From Escherichia coli (GTDB lineage: Bacteria > Pseudomonadota > Gammaproteobacteria > Enterobacterales > Enterobacteriaceae): 64,000 nucleotides of DNA. The DNA lies in NCBI RefSeq assembly GCF_046105845.1, contig NZ_CP151004.1; one strand, written 5' to 3'. The notes under the pieces were generated by a model, which worked only from the letters and a program-made list of their open reading frames with translations, was not told where the DNA came from and searched no databases. Below, in pieces: positions 60,277-64,000 of this stretch (position 1 is its first letter; every line of letters begins with the position of its first letter). A program made the translations under genes and the position numbers.

Positions 60277-62772
60277 ATGCTAACGATTCAATTTCTCTGT
60301 CCTTTGCCTAACGGTCTGCATGCTCGTCCGGCGTGGGAACTTAAAGAACAGTGCAGCCAGTGGCAAAGCGAAATCACCTTCATCAACCATCGCCAGAACG
60401 CAAAGGCAGATGCCAAAAGCTCGCTGGCGCTGATTGGCACTGGCACTTTATTTAATGACAGTTGCAGCCTGAACATTAGCGGCAGCGATGAAGAGCAGGC
60501 GCGGCGCGTGCTGGAAGAGTACATCCAGGTGCGCTTTATCGACAGCGACAGCATTCAGCCGACGCAGGCAGAACTGACGGCGCATCCGCTGCCGCGTTCA
60601 TTAAGCCGTCTGAATCCTGATTTACTGTACGGCAATGTGCTGGCAAGCGGCGTCGGCGTGGGTACGCTGACCCTGTTACAGAGCGACAGCCTCGACAGTT
60701 ATCGGGCCATCCCGGCCAGTGCGCAAGACTCCACCCGGCTGGAGCACAGCCTGGCAACGCTTGCCGAGCAACTGAACCAGCAGCTGCGTGAGCGTGACGG
60801 CGAAAGCAAAACTATCCTCAGCGCCCATTTGTCGCTGATTCAGGATGATGAATTTGCAGGCAATATCCGTCGCCTTATGGCAGAACAGCATCAGGGGCTG
60901 GGGGCGGCGATCATCAGCAATATGGAGCAGGTTTGCGCCAAACTATCTGCTTCTGCCAGCGATTATCTGCGCGAGCGGGTCAGCGACATTCGCGATATCA
61001 GCGAACAGTTGCTGCATATCACCTGGCCGGAACTGAAGCCGCGCAACAATCTGGTGCTGGAAAAACCGACTATTCTGGTGGCCGAGGATTTAACCCCAAG
61101 CCAGTTTTTGAGCCTCGATTTAAAAAATCTTGCGGGCATGATTCTGGAGAAAACCGGGCGCACCTCGCATACCCTGATTCTGGCCCGTGCCTCGGCGATC
61201 CCGGTACTGAGTGGCTTGCCGCTGGATGCGATCGCGCGCTATGCCGGGCAACCGGCAGTGCTTGACGCCCAGTGCGGCGTGCTGGCGATTAACCCTGATG
61301 ACGCGGTGAGCGGTTATTATCAGGTCGCGCAGACGCTGGCGGATAAACGCCAAAAACAACAGGCGCAGGCCGCCGCGCAGCTGGCCTATTCCCGTGATAA
61401 CAAGCGTATTGATATTGCGGCGAATATCGGCACCGCTCTGGAAGCGCCAGGCGCGTTTGCCAACGGCGCGGAAGGTGTTGGGCTGTTCCGTACTGAAATG
61501 CTCTATATGGATCGCGACAGCGCGCCGGACGAGCAGGAGCAATTTGAAGCCTACCAGCAGGTGCTACTGGCGGCGGGCGACAAGCCGATTATCTTCCGCA
61601 CGATGGACATCGGCGGCGATAAAAGCATTCCTTATCTGAATATTCCCCAGGAAGAGAACCCGTTCCTCGGCTATCGCGCGGTACGTATTTACCCGGAATT
61701 TGCGGGCCTGTTCCGCACTCAACTGCGGGCCATTTTGCGCGCCGCCAGTTTCGGCAACGCCCAGTTGATGATCCCAATGGTTCACAGCCTCGATCAGATC
61801 TTATGGGTGAAGGGCGAGATCCAAAAAGCGATCGTTGAGCTTAAGCGCGATGGCCTGCGTCATGCAGAGACGATTACGCTGGGTATCATGGTGGAAGTGC
61901 CGTCGGTGTGCTACATCATCGATCACTTCTGCGATGAGGTAGATTTCTTCAGTATCGGCTCCAACGATATGACCCAGTATCTGTATGCGGTCGATCGTAA
62001 TAACCCGCGCGTATCGCCGCTGTATAACCCGATTACGCCATCGTTCCTGCGCATGTTGCAGCAGATTATTACCACTGCGCATCAGCGGGGTAAATGGGTA
62101 GGCATTTGCGGTGAACTGGGCGGTGAAAGCCGTTATCTGCCGCTACTGCTTGGGCTGGGCCTGGACGAGTTAAGTATGAGTAGCCCGCGCATTCCGGCGG
62201 TGAAAAGCCAGCTTCGTCAACTGGATAGCGAGGCGTGTCGGGAACTGGCGCGTCAGGCATGTGAATGCCGCAGCGCGCAGGAAATTGAAGCGTTACTCAC
62301 CGCCTTTACGCCGGAAGAAGACGTTCGCCCACTGCTGGCGCTGGAGAATATCTTTGTTGATCAGTCCTTTAGCAATAAAGAGCAGGCGATCCAGTTCCTG
62401 TGCGGTAACCTCGGCGTTAACGGGCGCACTGAACATCCGTTCGAGCTGGAAGAGGATGTCTGGCAGCGGGAAGAGATTGTTACCACCGGCGTTGGTTTTG
62501 GCGTAGCGATCCCGCACACCAAATCTCAGTGGATCCGTCATTCCAGTATCAGCATTGCCCGGCTGGTGAAACCGGTTGACTGGCAGTCAGAAATGGGCGA
62601 AGTCGAACTGGTGATCATGCTGACACTGGGCGCTAACGAAGGGATGAATCATGTGAAAGTCTTCTCGCAGCTGGCGCGTAAACTGGTGAATAAAAACTTC
62701 CGCCAGTCGCTGTTCGCCGCGCAAGATGCGCAAAGCATCCTGACGCTGCTGGAAACGGAATTAACCTTCTGA
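60277..62772 (+). CDS. fryA: PTS multiphosphoryl transfer protein FryA (fused HPr-like, Enzyme I-like and EIIA-like domains)
   Basis: 831 aa; N-terminal HPr-like domain (..LHARPA..), central EI-like PEP-utilising domain (..GGRTSHT.., ..SIGSNDMTQY..), C-terminal EIIA-like domain. Confidence 0.93.
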   Translation: MLTIQFLCPLPNGLHARPAWELKEQCSQWQSEITFINHRQNAKADAKSSLALIGTGTLFNDSCSLNISGSDEEQARRVLEEYIQVRFIDSDSIQPTQAELTAHPLPRSLSRLNPDLLYGNVLASGVGVGTLTLLQSDSLDSYRAIPASAQDSTRLEHSLATLAEQLNQQLRERDGESKTILSAHLSLIQDDEFAGNIRRLMAEQHQGLGAAIISNMEQVCAKLSASASDYLRERVSDIRDISEQLLHITWPELKPRNNLVLEKPTILVAEDLTPSQFLSLDLKNLAGMILEKTGRTSHTLILARASAIPVLSGLPLDAIARYAGQPAVLDAQCGVLAINPDDAVSGYYQVAQTLADKRQKQQAQAAAQLAYSRDNKRIDIAANIGTALEAPGAFANGAEGVGLFRTEMLYMDRDSAPDEQEQFEAYQQVLLAAGDKPIIFRTMDIGGDKSIPYLNIPQEENPFLGYRAVRIYPEFAGLFRTQLRAILRAASFGNAQLMIPMVHSLDQILWVKGEIQKAIVELKRDGLRHAETITLGIMVEVPSVCYIIDHFCDEVDFFSIGSNDMTQYLYAVDRNNPRVSPLYNPITPSFLRMLQQIITTAHQRGKWVGICGELGGESRYLPLLLGLGLDELSMSSPRIPAVKSQLRQLDSEACRELARQACECRSAQEIEALLTAFTPEEDVRPLLALENIFVDQSFSNKEQAIQFLCGNLGVNGRTEHPFELEEDVWQREEIVTTGVGFGVAIPHTKSQWIRHSSISIARLVKPVDWQSEMGEVELVIMLTLGANEGMNHVKVFSQLARKLVNKNFRQSLFAAQDAQSILTLLETELTF

Positions 62773-62774
62773 CG

Positions 62775-63632
62775 TTAGCCCTGAAAACGGGCGCTGTACT
62801 CTCCCGGCGTCAGGCCAAACTGACGCCGGAAAACGCGACAAAAATAGTCGCTGTCCGGAAAACCGCAACGCTGTGCCACTTCATGAATCGACAGATGATA
62901 TTTCTGCAAAATCATCCTCGCCTTCGCCATTCGCACCCAACGCACATATTCGATAAAACGCATTGTTCCATGCTGCGCAAACAGTTTTGACAGATGATTG
63001 GGCGTGATATTAAAAAACTGCGCCACGCTCTCACGGGTGAGCGGCTGGGCATAATTATCCTGAACCCAGTTACAAATGCTGTGATAGAGAAAATCGCCGC
63101 GCGGCTGCGAATTGCCCGGCGGCATATTCACCACGTTACGGCAAAGATGCAGCAAACTTAACACCAGCGGCTGAATGATATTCTGCTCCAGCGGCGAACG
63201 GCTAAGATGGGTGAGGGCAGTAAGCATTGCTTCACCTTCGCCGCGTTGCAGGCTGGGAAGTTGGATCTGGCGAGCAGGATGTAACAACGACGTGGTGCGG
63301 CTATCGTAAAATGATAAGCCAAGCCAGGTCGGTGCGAACACCAGGCTTAACAGCATCACCGGTTTGTTGTTGACCGGTAAATTAGCCGCGCGTGCCGGAA
63401 TAAACAGCATTTCTCCTTCCACCATACGTTGCTGCTTTGCTTCCAGCAGATTGCCGTATTCGCCGCGTAGCACGATATCCAGACGGGGAAAATCAATACA
63501 TAAACTGCCCACTGGCAATGAGGCAGGCTGGCTGGCAAACCAGACGCGCCCCAGTAGTTGCGGGTTAAGCACCAGGCCGCTGAACAGATCGGCGAAAAAT
63601 TGTTGATCGGCGGGCAAGCCTGGTGCTTTCAT
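62775..63632 (-). CDS. ypdC: AraC-family transcriptional regulator YpdC
   Basis: 285 aa with C-terminal AraC-type HTH; stop 2 nt from fryA stop (convergent). Confidence 0.9.
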   Translation of the reverse strand: MKAPGLPADQQFFADLFSGLVLNPQLLGRVWFASQPASLPVGSLCIDFPRLDIVLRGEYGNLLEAKQQRMVEGEMLFIPARAANLPVNNKPVMLLSLVFAPTWLGLSFYDSRTTSLLHPARQIQLPSLQRGEGEAMLTALTHLSRSPLEQNIIQPLVLSLLHLCRNVVNMPPGNSQPRGDFLYHSICNWVQDNYAQPLTRESVAQFFNITPNHLSKLFAQHGTMRFIEYVRWVRMAKARMILQKYHLSIHEVAQRCGFPDSDYFCRVFRRQFGLTPGEYSARFQG

Positions 63633-63644
63633 GAAAGTTCCCGA

Positions 63645-64000
63645 TTAAAGATGCATTAACTGGCGGAATTCTTTAACTTTGCTGCGGCTGACCGGCACTT
63701 CAAAATCCAGATCTTTCAGCCGCAGAATATAGGTGTTATTAAACCACGGTTCGATCTCGCGGATTTTGTTCAGATTGACACAAAATGAGCGATGGCAGCG
63801 GAAAAAATGCGACGGCGGCAGCTTGCTGCAAAACTCGGTAATGTTCATCGGCATTACGTAGGATTCACGCCGCGTATAGACAAAGGTCATTTTCTCGTGC
63901 GCTTCGGCGTAATAGATATCGTTAATTGGCGTGACAATGATTCGCTCATCTTTCACCAGATTAATGGTGTCATTCTCACGCGTTACCGTCGCGGCAGGCG
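63645..64000 (-). CDS. ypdB: LytTR-family response regulator YpdB, C-terminal part only (gene continues beyond window end)
   Basis: Open frame from window edge to stop at 63645; translation ends ..SRSKVKEFRQLMHL, a LytTR DNA-binding domain; N-terminal receiver domain outside window. Confidence 0.85.
   Translation of the reverse strand, partial: PAATVTRENDTINLVKDERIIVTPINDIYYAEAHEKMTFVYTRRESYVMPMNITEFCSKLPPSHFFRCHRSFCVNLNKIREIEPWFNNTYILRLKDLDFEVPVSRSKVKEFRQLMHL

Overview
This window reads as ordinary Escherichia coli-type core chromosome (the maeB-eut-cys-pts-ligA-gltX-glk-fry neighbourhood, inverted relative to the K-12 map), and I found no convincing novel biological system in it. All calls rest on reading the translations, start/stop context and synteny by eye; no database search was run, and the comparisons with K-12 are from memory. 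The window holds about 62 intact protein-coding genes, six tRNA genes, three REP/BIME-type repeat clusters, and no IS element, prophage, integrase or CRISPR array. Gene order: maeB (5' partial), the complete 17-gene ethanolamine-utilisation microcompartment operon eutSPQTDMNEJGHABCLKR, hemF-amiA, ypeA-yfeZ-yfeY-yfeX, yfeW-murP-murQ/murR, ucpA, cysPUWAM, yfeK, pdxK, crr-ptsI-ptsH, cysK, cysZ, zipA, ligA, ypeB, yfeH, yfeR, a small FlxA-like ORF, lysV-valY-valX-valU, gltX, yfeD-yfeC, alaX-alaW, pdeA (yfeA), nupC, mntH, ypeC, yfeO, glk, fryB-fryC-ypdF-ypdE-fryA, ypdC and ypdB (partial). The one locus that looks accessory is a 113-aa coiled-coil FlxA-like ORF with a sigma-28-type promoter, sitting beside tRNA-Lys where K-12 (as I recall it) carries xapR-xapB-xapA-yfeN. 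Other departures from my recollection of K-12 are an uninterrupted eutA-eutB junction (no CPZ-55 prophage), no yfeS between cysM and yfeK, and an unoccupied palindrome between pdeA and nupC where K-12 has IS186.
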